Shown: positions 38,448 through 51,759 of the stretch, in pieces
Layout of the letters: every line of letters begins with the position of its first letter
Position numbering within the stretch: position 1 is the stretch's first letter
Source: Lama glama
Taxonomy: Eukaryota
Direction of reading: 5' to 3'
Length of the DNA stretch: 64,000 nucleotides
Assembly (NCBI GenBank): GCA_028534125.1
Contig: CM052816.1
Coordinates: 28,212,001 to 28,276,000 of the forward strand
Made by a program: the position numbers and the translations under genes
The notes under the pieces: model-generated
Database searches by the model: none
Seen by the model: the letters and a program-made list of their open reading frames with translations, nothing else
What the model was told of the DNA's origin: nothing

Positions 38448-41207
38448 AACAAAAGGGTTTCTTACGACAAAGTTGAGGGAATCTCAAATTAGTGGATGAT
38501 AGGAAGTGTAGGAATGAGCAAGAATAGAGATGGCCTGGATAGAGTTGAATCTAGAGATGAAAAAAAGCCAGCGAAAGAGAGGGCTGGAAAAGAAGTTGAG
38601 AGCTAAGGAGCACTAACAGTTTCCTCCTTGAGGTAGATTAATTTTTTAATATAAAATGACAGTGTTTGTTCTAGATTTGTTTAAATTTGTTGAACTTACT
38701 TAAATTTTGCAGTATTTTAAACCAACTAGAAAAAAACCAGTAAAATATTTTCAAGAGAATTTTATTGTTAAAAATTTAGCCTTGATTCTATCTTTGAAAA
38801 TATTTGTATGAAAGCAAAACATTTAGATAACAGAAATACAATTTTTCTGTCTCTGTGTGTCTGTCTCTTATACACACACACATACAGTAAATACTTAAAT
38901 ATTTCATTTCTTTGTTTCTCAAGGGAATCTTGTAAGCATCTATAGAAATAGATGCATTTTTAAAAGTTGATTGCAAGTATTTCTCTACTTATCAACTGCT
39001 AAAAAACATCACATTACTTTTATAAACGTCACATTAAATTCAGCCAGATTTCACTGTGCTCTGGCTCTGGTGATGTTCCTATCAAAACATTTTAGAATCA
39101 GAAAGAATGGATTTTATTTAAATAGATTAGATCAGCTTCAATGGTGCTATGATTTTCTTTTGTGACATTTCTTTTTTTTTTCTTTTTTCAGTTCTATTAC
39201 ATAGAATTATTAGTCTGACTGCATACACATTGTATTGCATATAAATACATATATACAATATACTGCACTTTTTTTAAATTTATGTATATGTACTGATTAT
39301 TGTTTCTAAAAACAGATTAGAGCCTTGCCTTTTAAATAGTTATCAAAGGAGTAAGGTCAATTTCTTGCAAATTATCAACTTTTTCTTAGTTTCCAGAGTC
39401 CACTTCCTAAATACAGTGGTTGAATGGTGATGATGATAAACAGAAAAAATGGTCCTGAAAATACCAGCTAAATTCAGAGAAAGGAACAGCAGATGCTGCA
39501 AATAAAAACTTATCAGAAATCATTTCAGTAGTTCTTAGTGTTATGCTTCCAGAGGGAAAAAAACTTAGATTTGGATGAAATATTACCAGTGTGTAAATCT
39601 CAACTTTAGACTCTCTAGACTGCTCAATTTTCTGTAAATCTAAAACTGCTCTAAAAAGTAAAGTTTATTAATTTTAGAAATAAAAATAAATGGTCTCCCT
39701 AGATTCTATACATCTATTTCTGTAATTTAACAAATAATTCTGGAAGAGTAATCTAATTATAATTTATAGAAATCATTATATAAATAGTTTGTCTCAATGT
39801 TTTTCATTAGGACTAGGTATTTGCAAAGAGATGGAGAGGATTTTTGTTTTGCAATATTTTCCAAAAAAGCTTTCAAGTTACATTTAATTTTTATGACCAG
39901 TTTCTTTTCTTGTTGAAATTTTATGTCATTTATGGAAACTGCTCTAACGGGATTATTGGTTCACACTGTTTTCAGTATTTTCTGAGTGAATTATTTGAGA
40001 GTGGATGGAGTTTATTGCTCATTCCATGGGACAAACATGTTTCCAGGCAACTTTTTAGTCAAAAACAGTCATGTGAATTATGAGAAAATAAAGCATGCTT
40101 ATCCAGTTTTAATAAAATCTCAAAATTATGCATATAAACTCACGAGTGAGCTGATGACAATTTTTACACCTTTGAGCTTCAATAAGTCCGATGATGTTGA
40201 GGCAACATTAATTCTTAAGCCTCAAAAACAAAAAAAATTAAGAGTCCATTGAAACAAGTTTTAAAAAAGAATTCTGCTGGATAGCATGGAAATGCCCTAA
40301 ATAATATGGCTGCCTCAAGGAGGAAAAGGAAATTTGTGGCCAAGAAATAATCTAGGCCACTTGTGTTTTTGATGACTTATCTGCTATTCAGGCATAACTT
40401 GCTTCTAAAAAATCATTGAGCAAACTATGATTACTGAAGAGACAAGAGCATAAGGGTATCATGGCAATATTGCTTTATTTTACCATCAAGAGTATCAGGT
40501 AGCAAAAATGGGGCACTCTGTGGAGAAAAAGGCAAACATTTTAAGTGTAAATACGAAGGTGCAAAAAAATTTTTATTCTCAAATCAGGACACTTCCAACC
40601 CCAGACCTAGCCCCTGGCTCCGTCCTTACATGTAGGCAGGGAGCCCAGCTCTAATTTAAGTGGGTAACAGTATGCCAGCATGGTCATGTTACTATTACCT
40701 CCATTCTCCAAAATAAACCTTAGGAAATAAGACATCATGCGTTGTACCGTTAAAAATGGGTGACGAAATTGAATTTACTCATTCAATTAGGTATTCATGC
40801 ACCCAATGCATAGGTGTTGAGAAGCTATTATATGTCTCTGAGATTCAGCAAGGAAAAAAATTATCTCAGTCCCTCTTTTCGTGGAACTTTCATTCTGAGT
40901 GGCCTATATTGTGGCATAAATAGATTTAACCACAGAAGATTTTTAGGCAATTAAGTACCACTTCAGAATACAATTTCGTACCTGGGAAGACAAAAGGATG
41001 AGCACCACAAAGATGGCTATCTCTTATGTTATTTATTACCTGGACTTTCTTTGTAAGACCCCTTTCTCATGGACACAGTAATGCACAGACACAGCTATAC
41101 TCAGAGCTCAATCATTTCTGAACACAACAGCCAGTACAAACTCAAACTCACTAGCTGCTGGAGTCTGGATTTTTTTTGCTGATGCTATACATTTCAGAAT
41201 TTATGAG

Positions 41208-42029
41208 CAGTGGTGTAGGAAGTAGTTAACAACTGGCTGTCTAGAAAAAAAAGTGTATCTATAGATCTACAGATATGGATATATAGAGATATATCATAAA
41301 ATTGTACTAATGCAGTAATATAAAAATAATAATTGACAAATAATAAAAATATACTAATTATCATTTACACATAGCCAATGAATTCTCAGTGTTTTCGTTG
41401 ATTTTTGCCAACCTCTTACAATTGTTGCCACCTGATAATTTCAACTTACGAATCAGTGTAGTTTCAACATGAATGTGGTTTGATATTTCTCCTTATTTTA
41501 ACGAGTAAAATAAAAGTGAAATAAAAAAGACTTATGTTGGAACTTCACTCGTTAGTCAACAACATATGTGACTTTTTACTGAGAAAGATAACAGTTCTTT
41601 CCTTTTTTGTATGTATGAACTACACAGCGTAACACCTATAGACATCATAACTTGTAAGTTTAATCTACATTATGAACACTGCTGCCATCATTTTCCAGAG
41701 ACACAACAAAGCACCTTCTTTCCTATCTCAAGCTACCAGCATGATGTCAATGAATGCACAGTTGGGAAAAGATATGCAGTAGCCCACCACTTGGTAGTAT
41801 TTCTACCATATGGATTGATACAATAAACAAACAACCTCACTGAGAGAAAACAACCCTAAAATTAGAAAGTGGTGACTTTTTAATATTGATTAATAGCCTA
41901 ATATAATGAATTGTAATTTGTATAAATTAATTTTCAATAATACTTATTTAACAAGCAGTTTGCAAAATTTCCAAAACTTTAATAATTAGCTCTCATGAGC
42001 GCCTGTGAACCAGCTTCAGCACAGCACTG
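41208..42029 (-). mobile_element. MER63-like hAT element
   Basis: cagtggtgt...acagcactg termini, imperfect 8-bp TSD (tttatgag / ctaatgag), internal ggaacttcactcgttagtcaa. Confidence 0.85.
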
Positions 42030-42069
42030 CTAATGAGCCTCTAGGAAGCCCCAAGCACCTGTACACCCA

Positions 42070-42184
42070 TGACACCCTTCCTGGTTTGCTAGGAACTTTC
42101 CACTTCCCAGGTTTTAGCACTCAAAGTCCCACATTCTAAGAAACTCTTCAGTCCTAGGCAAACTAGGACATTCGATTACCCTAA
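42070..42184 (-). mobile_element. MER81-like hAT-Blackjack MITE
   Basis: cctggtttgct...ttttagcactcaaagtcccacatt...ggcaaactaggac...attacccta. Confidence 0.75.
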
Positions 42185-43105
42185 TCCAGGTACCATCCAA
42201 AACAGTTAATGTATCTGGCTAGTTACTGATAGAGCTGGATTCTTTCTATGAACTTAGAGCCCTTGCAAATTCCTTTCCCCTCTGGGTCCCTGTCCTCTGC
42301 TTCTGCTGTCTGCTAGGATGACAGATTCTGTAAGATAAACTCTGTCATGGTCCTAGTCACTGTCAGACTTTGAATAGCACAGCTGTGTTATACCTCACCT
42401 TGAATTTGTTATAATTCAGGTACACACAGGGTAAGTTTATTATCTCCTTTTGGTTTATTGGAATCAAATCTTTGGGATCATTAAGCCCTCTTTTCCTGAC
42501 ATAATGGGGGTTCTAAATATTCACTTTAAAGAGTAATTCTGAAATTAATAAGATTATGTTCATACAATATAGTTGTTCAATAAGTAGTAACTATTACACT
42601 TGTATTCTTATGGTTAGTCTCAGTTCCTACTTCAACCACTTGCTTTCCCTGGCAGCCTCTGCTGAGAGCTGGTCTGCCTTTCAGCCGAGTATATGCAAAT
42701 ATTACACAGCCTGTCCCCACTACACATGACTGAGATAAGAGTCCTAGAGCTGACACTTCACAGTGGAGCAATGAGTATTAGCCACGAGCTTGTACCAATG
42801 ATTCAGTCCCTGGTTCTGCCCCTTTTTTCCAAGCCAGCTCTAAGTATAGCTAATTTGTATAGTCAACCTCTATAAGCCATATTTCAAGTTTTTATCTCAC
42901 AGTTGTTTTTCAGATTTAACTCATACATACATCCAGAAAGAGCACAGGACTACTTCTTGGCCAGAGTGAGAAATACTTCCCATTTTGGAAAAGGACTACA
43001 AAATGTAGGTAGTGAAGAATTTTTCATTACTTTTTTTTTTTTTTAAGAAATGGTTTACAGAGCTACTTTCAGAGAGGACCTAAAAGATAAAACAATGCTC
43101 TAGAG

Positions 43106-43316
43106 CAGAGGTTAACCCTGGCCCGCCTACATTCTGCTTTTGTAAATAAAGTTTTATTGGAACACAGCCTAGCCCATTGATTTACATATATAGATCCCTG
43201 CTTTTGCACTACAATGCCACACACTGGTGGGTAGTTGTGACAAAGATCAAGTGGCCTATAAAGTCTAAATATTTACCATCTGGCCCTTATAAAGAGAAAA
43301 CGTTTGACAATCCCTG
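43106..43316. mobile_element. MER58A hAT-Charlie MITE
   Basis: ttttgtaaataaagttttattggaacacagcc core, 8-bp TSD ctctagag / ctctagtg. Confidence 0.88.
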
Positions 43317-46300
43317 CTCTAGTGTCTAAATGAAGAAATAGTACAGTAGTTTTGCCTGGTCAGGGGGAGATGACTTAGGAAAAGGGAATACTGTTCTCTA
43401 GCTGCTCCTAGATACTCAAATCAGGAAAGGACATGCTCTTGTTCCTTCCCCAAATAAAGCCACGTAGGCTCATGCTGGGAATGCATCTACCTAGAATAAT
43501 GGGAGACCAGGACTATGATCATTACTTGCTTTGACAGAATTTTCTAAAACAAAAGCCAGAGAGCCTGCATTGTCAGATATGGATATGTTCATTCCTTAAA
43601 TGCTGTGATTGTTTCTGTTTGGCATGCAGCTTTCAGAACACCATCATCATTTTCCAAAAATTAGATCTAAATTCTCTGACAGTGAAGGATTAACAAGTTC
43701 TATCACCCCAAGCCAAAACTAAATTTGCTCCTTCATAAAAAAAGTTCATCTTTCGTGTAGAGAAGTAATCATAATTTAAGAAATTCTTACCATAGGCTGA
43801 GATTTATACAACAAAATCAAGTATAATGTCAGTCAATAAATGTGTTAATTACACTGTTATTCTTTTATTGTGCTTCATTAGAAAGTTGTTTAAATTAGAG
43901 ACATTTCCTTCTCAGTTCTTACATTGTTTTTCTGTACACATTTTCAGCCAATAAAACCGAATGACCATGATTTGTGATGTCTGCTTCAATTGATATAGTA
44001 GAAAATTAGGTTAGACTGTCTGGATTCTTACTCTTCAAGGTTTTTTGTTTTTTCCCCTCAGTATCTTTAAATAAGATACCACATTCTTGCCTGAATTACT
44101 GGCAATAAAAATGTTCAAACTTGGAAGCTCTTCCAAGATTAGCATATCATGGGTAATTTTTTAAAAAAAGAATGCTGTAAGCCTCCTTCATTGAGAAGCT
44201 GTCCTTCAAGGGTTTTCCAGTAGAATCAATAGAATTATTGAGTCAGGCCCTAAAATGTAGCACATTTCTAGTCTTCACAGAGGTATGAGAAGAAAAAAAC
44301 AAAAAAGACTGGGATAGAAGGACAATTTACCTCATGAGCAGATCTCTTTTTCTGTTCCACTGCACAAGTGTGGGGATTGGGGGCAGAGGGGGGCAAGGTG
44401 GCTGGGGTGTAGGGCCAAGGCTGAACAAGTCTGCGTAAGTAGTCATCACCATCAGCTCCCTTCCCAGGGCTCTACCACTCACGGCTATGTCCACCACCAC
44501 AAACACATACAAACACACACATACATGCACATGACTGAGTCGTACACAGTTTCAAGAAAATTAAAAGTTAGATAAAAGCAGTCACCTCAGAAGCCAATTT
44601 GAGCTCAATGCAGTAAGTACTGACTATGCCTAATTTTCCTTCACTTGAACAGCCCAAAGCATCATCAGCGTAGAACAGATACCACGTTTACATTGTCATT
44701 CTTGACTGGGCTTTAAGCAAAATCAGTTATAACTTATAGTCTAATCTTGGGGGGGTGGGAGGGGGTGGGAACGATAGAGCCTGATGATAATCATGAAGGA
44801 AACGGATCATCTATTCCCCGCTCTGCTTCAGTCTCACAGCTGCGTTATCATTGGTGGCAATGGAGAAAAAAGAAAGGCACGCTCTGTTGTCTCTGTTGTT
44901 AAAGCCAGCCCAATCTTTAAGGCAAATAGTGTCCTATTTGAAAAGTATTCCCTCACCTGCAGAAGAAAAATTAAATTCTCTTTACTGAAGTACTCAGGGA
45001 CTTTGGTTACAGCTTTACTTTAGCAACTTATTACCTCATGTGACTAATACGAATGAGCTTTCCTTAACACTTGACAAGTAAGAGTCAGCTGGGGTTGAAG
45101 AACTTGGGCACTTCGGCAATTCATTTGTGAAAACTGAACCGACTACCTCTCTTCTGTTTTGCTACCTGTAAATATACTTTTTTTAATCCCCCTGCAAATA
45201 CACCACTCTATGTAAACTGACTCTTTCCAACAACCATATATTTCTCAACAAACCACTACTGATTATAGGTCTTTAAAAACTAAGCAGAAAAATTAATATA
45301 AAATGATATTCATTGAAATTTATATTACTTATTTTTCAACTAAAATGTTACTGAATTAGTAAATGTTTATTTTTACACATAAGTATAACTATGCTGATAA
45401 ACACATTATTAGTCTGGCATCTTTAATCCATCATTTAATGAATGTTTATTAAATGAAAAAGAAACTATTACATGCAAGACACCTATGTAGTGATACGAAG
45501 ACGTTCAATCATGAAAGAGATTCTGCTCAAGAGATTACATTTTAGTTCCTAAGTCATATATATAACTTGTGTAGGATAATACTTTACCAATAAATTGAGG
45601 GTAATTTTTCTTTTAAAAAACATTATGAAACCTTTAGAACATTGATAATATATTTTAAAAAAAGAAAAAAAATCCATGAATCGATCATGCAGCTAAAACT
45701 GTATTTGTCTCTTCAGAAACCTAATTTTGCTAAACAGTAAACACTGACATGTTTATGCTGATGTGAAGAAAGAAAAAGAGATCTATTTCTCATTGAAACT
45801 CATTTTAACTGCTGAATACATATAACAATTTATTTTTTACTCCTTTATTAGGTGACTGGATGATTTCCACTGAATAAAGTTTTTATTTCCAGAAAAATTT
45901 CTTGCTATCATGTGATCCCTAAACATACAGAGACAGTAGTGCCTATTGATGAGGATGAAAGAAGGTGATGTTTAGAAGAAAAAAAATTGCTTGGACTTGA
46001 ACTTTAAGACTTATTTTAAAAGCTCTTGTCAGAAATAATAGTTTGGAGAACAATGTATTTCAAGACCCAGATTTTATTAAAATAAGAAAATCTTAATAGG
46101 TTCAAAATGCAAAAATATAAAAATTAGAGAACTAAGAAAGGAAGGAAAAGAAGAAGAAGAAAACAACCTATGAAACTGTAGGGAGGGCCTTGGAGAAGAT
46201 TAGAGAGAAGAGGTTATTTTACACTTGAATGTGATCCTGACCTTTCTTCCAGGTTTCATATCCTGGAGGGCAAAAGATAAATTCACCAGTTAAGTTCAGC

Positions 46301-46382
46301 ACTGCAGGTTATGGGGTAGCTTAGCCAAGATTTTCTAGAAAATAAACCTAGGGCAAGGAATAAATATGGATTCTTTCTTGGT

Positions 46383-46695
46383 GTGATATAGTATTTATAA
46401 TAAGACGTATATATTTGCTCTTTGTCCCCGTACCTGGCACAGAGTTTCTAAAGACCTTGGAGTTTCCTAAGTGAAGACAACCATAAAGATGTCTCTTGGG
46501 AATGAAGTGACTTTAGGAAAGCACCTAAGGATGAAGGCTGGATAGCCAACTATGTGATTAGATGGTTGAGCTTTTCACTTCTACCCCTTGACCTCCAGGG
46601 AGGGGAGAGGGCTGGAGGATGAAACAACAGCCAATGGCCAATGATTTAATCAGCCCTGCCTATGTGATGAGGCCTCCAAAAACAAAAAACAAACC
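46383..46695 (+). mobile_element. 5' half of a MER21-like LTR
   Basis: tgtgatata...cctggcacagagtttctaaagaccttgga...ccaatggccaatgatttaatca. Confidence 0.8.
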
Positions 46696-46696
46696 T

Positions 46697-47925
46697 TCAA
46701 AATGTCTTAAAGAGCCAAATGCCAGACTGGAAACCTTAAAACTCCTAAAAGAAAACATAGGCAGAACATTCTTTGACATAAGATTTAGCAATATTTTTTT
46801 GAATCTATATCCTCAGGCAAAGGAAACATACACTAAAATAAATAAATGAGCCCTACTTAAACTTTTGCACAGCAAAGGAAAGCATCAACAAAGTGAACAG
46901 ACAACCTACTGAATGAGAGAAAGTATTTCCAAATGATGTGACCAATAACGGATTAATACCCAACATATATAAACAGCTCATACAACTCAACATCAAAAAA
47001 ACAAATAATTCTATTACGAAACAGGCAGAAAACCTGAAGAGACATTTTCCCAAAGACAGCCAACAGGAACACGAAAAGATGCTCAGTATCGCTAATCATC
47101 AGAGAAATGCAAATCAAAACCAAAGTGAGTTATCACTTACCCTGTGTCAGAATGGTTATCATGACAAAGAACACAAATAACAAATTTTGGAGAGGATGTG
47201 AAGAAAAAGAAACTCTCATCTGGTCTTGGCGGAAATGTAAATTGGTGTAGCCACTGTGAAAAACCATGTGTTAAGTTCCTCAAAAAACTAAAAACAGAAC
47301 TACCATATGATCCACCAATTTCACTTCTGTGTATATACCTAAATGAAACAAAAACACTAATTCAAAAGGATACGTGCATCCCCATGTTCACAGCAGCATT
47401 ATTTACAATAGCCAAAATATGGAAGCAATCCAAGTGCCCATCAACAGATAAATGTATAAAGATTTGGTATGTATACACACACACACACAGAGAATGGAAT
47501 ATTACTCAACAATTAAGAGAATGAAATTTTGCTATTTGCAACAATATAAATGGACATGGAGAGGATTACGCTTGGTTAAAAAAGAGAAAGACAAATACTA
47601 TGTATTATCACTTATAATTTAAAGAATAAATCAATAAAATATGCCACAACAGAAACATACTCACAGATACAGAGAACAAATTAGTGGTTATCAGTGGGAA
47701 GAGAGATGAAGGAGGTACAAGATAGGATAAGGGATTAAGAGGTACAAACTACTACGTATAAAATGTGTATGAAATAAACTACAAGGATATATTGTACAGC
47801 ACAGGGAATATGACCAATATTTTATGTTGACTTTAAATGGAGTATATTCTATAAAAACACTGAATCACTCTGCTGTACACTTGAAAATGATAAGGCATAT
47901 CAACTATAATTTTGGAAAGGAACAA
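46697..47925 (+). mobile_element. 5'-truncated LINE-1 (ORF2 C-terminus plus 3' UTR)
   Basis: ETLKLLKENIGRTFFDI, KLKTELPYDPPISLL and KDTCIPMFTAALFTIAKIWKQ peptides. Confidence 0.95.
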
Positions 47926-48148
47926 AGAATAAGAAGAGACAGGCAAGCTCTCTCTCTTGGAATACACACTAAGGAAAGGCCATGTGAGCAGAGAGAAAGC
48001 AGCTGTCTATAAGCCAGGAAGTGGCTCTCACCTGACACTGAATGCCAGCACCTAGACCTTGGACTTTTCAGCTCCCAGAACTCTGAGAAATAAATGCCTG
48101 TGATCTAAACCACCCAATTTAAGGTAACAGCCTGCACCGACTGAAACA
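47926..48148 (+). mobile_element. 3' half of an MLT1 MaLR LTR
   Basis: ggccatgtgag...aagccaggaag...ttggacttttcagctcccagaactctgagaaataaat...gactgaaaca. Confidence 0.85.
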
Positions 48149-51100
48149 AACCTTGTCTTTCACTGGCAAATCTGAATTCTTATGCTTCTCTTTTCTGTAT
48201 TTTTGCAGAATCTTCTTCCTTGATTGTTAACATCGTTTTGAGAAAGAACGCTGCCTTCGTTAGGTCCATTTTGATTGATAACCAAAAAAAATAAAAACTC
48301 TAACGGAGGTTGGGTGATTAAATTTTGCAGAAAATATTCTGAAAACTTCCTATTTGTCTTGTTCTTAGTTTACATAATATTTTTTTCATCTTTTCACTTC
48401 TTAATTCTCCTCAGAGTAGCTACATTTTTGATCTTGGATATCTGGGATTCCTGAGAACCTGAAATGCACATTTGGTGTTCTGGGGTGTCCTAGAATGGCT
48501 TCAAAACTTCATGGGAGAAGGGAATGATTCAACTACAAAGAGAAAGGGAACTCAATTTCAAGAGTAAGGAATAAGGAAAAAGGTCCTTAGAAAAGCAGAA
48601 ATCTTGAAAAACAAACAAAAAACCACCAAAAAACCCCAAAAAACTACATTGCATCCAGGGATCACAGAGTACCTGTGAGGGAATGATTTACAGATTCCTG
48701 TAGTCTGAACACTATATACCCTTTATCCTGATGAACCACAATCAGGGGCCAGCAGCCTGACCTGGCGTGAGGAAGTAGGCATTAAGATTTACGGGGCTCC
48801 CTGCCTTGGAAAAGATCAACTCAGCTTGAGCAGTGAGCAGCTCATCAGTGACCTTCACGGACTGAACAAAAGAAGTCTGTCTCCCACACTTCCTGCATTA
48901 CTTAATCTCAAGGTTTGTGTTGGGAAAAGGGCCCAGAGAAATTACTCATATAAGGTGTTAAGCCAGAGGTGATGAGAAGGATGGCAGCTGGGTTAAATCT
49001 GAGTTAGAAAAGTAAGCAAAAAGTTACCAAATAGTATCACCTCAGTTACAGGAGCACATTTGGCTTAGAGTGTCTTTAAATAAAGTTGGGGAATTATGAG
49101 AAAACAGGACTGAGTCTAGAATCTTGCTTTTTACAGAGATTTCCAGACTTGAAATTTCAGTTCAAATATTATCTTATAACAGGTTATTTTCCTTAAGAGG
49201 TAAACAGCTTTTTATACATGAAAGTTTATGTGATCACTGTGTGAGGCATGTGATTATTATAATACAAGCTTTTAAAACACACCGTTTTTACTCTAATGTC
49301 ACTTTACAGCTGCTAGGCACATTATTACCTACTTACCAAAGCTATGCCATTATCACATTTTGGAAACTAACCCTAATCATAGTTTGCAATCCTGGAATAG
49401 AGAAGACCCAGAAGAGCACAGAAATATAAAAGAACCCAAATCTTTGGAGTCTTCCATGTCTACAAATCTACATATTATAGAACCTAGAACCTGTTCTGTG
49501 GAACTAACTATGTCCCTGTATTTCCCTTGGACTTGACTGACAACATTTCCCCTTTTTTTGACTGACAATCCTCACTAAAAGCCATTTAAGAATGCACAGC
49601 ATTTAAGGCCCCCTCTGTATTATAAAAAGATAGTTCTATGAGAAAATACAGTTGGCTCCATTTTTTCTCTTCATTACTTCAAGTGAAAAATACAACTTAA
49701 TATTTCACACTTATTTAAAATATTAAATTTGTGTCTCCTTTGCTTTCCATCTCTTAAGCATTACCAAATTATACTTCAAAAAAAATACAAAACACATTTA
49801 TATAGAAATGGCTAAACAAGCCAGCTCACTAAGAAACTTGTGTTTTAATTCTAAGTGTAGCCTGTTAGAAACCATAGATGCATTTGTGGTTAAGTATTTA
49901 TTTTAATGTTAACTACTGAAATTCAAGACAGGATATGTTAAAAGTCTTTGTTTACCTATTTTTAACTTCTCTCTGATTTTTTTTTTCTTTACAGTAGAGC
50001 AGGCAAAGCTTATCAAACAGTTCCTCTATACAACACCTAACACCCTACATTTCTTGTTTTTATTTTTATTAATAAGACTTTAATTACTAATATAACAAGA
50101 ATTCTTTCTTTTTGCTCTCCTGTGGTGCATTTGTTATATATAATGTCTGCATGTAAGTAATAATCATATAATAGCTTATGTCTGCAAAGGGACTCCCAAA
50201 GGGCAGGCAATTCTTTTTCATTAAGAATTATGTATTTTTAAGCACTGTTTATTGCAGTAGCCCCCATCCATACATACTAGTGATCCCATTCAGTAGTGGA
50301 TATAGGCATTTAGATTTTCAGAGGAACGTGAGAAACAGCTATTAGCATCACTTCATTGTGAAAGACACCTATTGCACATTAAAGACTGTAAAAATGTAAT
50401 ACTAGGATTCAGGTAAAAGAACCACAAGGGAAAAGAAGCCTATTCTCTTACCTTCAATCATTCTTTGTATCTACTGTACTTCTTACTGTATTTTCTAAAA
50501 ATTCTTAGCTGTAGACTGTAGACTGTGAAAGTATAATCTGAGTGTGAATTCTAGGACAGAGTTTGAATCTCCTATTGCTTTTTGAGCATCTATGCCATAC
50601 CAGACTGGTATCAATAAATGTTTCTTTCTGATGGCCAAATACAGATGTTTTGCCAATGTGACATTAATTACCAGTGGAAAATCAAAAAATATTTCCTGTA
50701 CATTATTCTTTGAGGGAGAGTTATAGTAAGAAAATGGTAAACAAGAGTTAATTTGACTAAATCAATATTTTAGTAATTTTATGAAAGTTTAAGATTAAAC
50801 AACTTTATTATTTGTTATATAATTATTTTCTATCTATATTTTTAGATTTAAACCATTAGTTTCAAGTCAAAGAAGCACAGTTTGTTTCTTTTTTTTCATC
50901 AGTTATCCCTCCTCTTTCTTTCCTTCCTTTGTTTTTGGAAGTACTGTATATTATAGATTTCAAAGCAATGACTTCGATTCTCAATTTATTTTGTGGGTAA
51001 TTAAGGAAGATAAATGATCCTTCGGTCACTATTTTTTAGCAAATCAGCAGAAGCAGACAGTTACAAAGTCACTAGGAAGTGACCAGGTACAAATGCAAAG

Positions 51101-51759
51101 GGCTGATAATGGCTTTTTGCCAAATAGTGCTTAAAAAAAAAAGGGAACAACCACAACTTTAAAATACCACAACTAACTGAAAATAAGTTTATGTATGAGA
51201 TGGTTCTACTCAACGGTGGAGGAGTAACTTTAGAATGTTCTCATGTAGTATATCCCTCAGCATGATATCTTGATAGGTCTTCTCTTTCCATCATGGTATT
51301 CCTTCAGTAGGTAATAAACCCAGAATTCACTTAAACATGATTCCTGGGTGAGTCTGTTGAAGAAATGTTGTTCTGTTTCGATCTTTCCTTCCTGTATTTC
51401 TACTATGTTTCTATAATTTCTTGTTTTTATTTCATACCTTCCTAAATCAGCCCTATCTTTCTCTTTCTCTCTCTCTCACACACACACACTCTCCTTCAAC
51501 TGTGTGTGTATCGGGTACAGATCTTTAAGTTTACAAACCCAGATGTATAAAAATTCTTATTTATGTGTTTTCTTTATAACTATGCTTTCTTTTTCTAGAA
51601 GCAGGATCTAAATTCTGATAATGCCAAGAACTGAGGCCACTCTCATGTGCCATTTTTCTTACTCTAGCCCAGTCCCTGACTTCCCTATTTTTCAGTCCCG
51701 AAAAGAAAAACTAGAGATGTCTCATTTTACTCTTTGAAACTGGTAATAATGTAAGTAAT

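Noticed and set aside
50446..50520. Minus-strand exon candidate with donor AAG|gtaaga
   Set aside because: Stops in all three frames and no phase link to the other exons.
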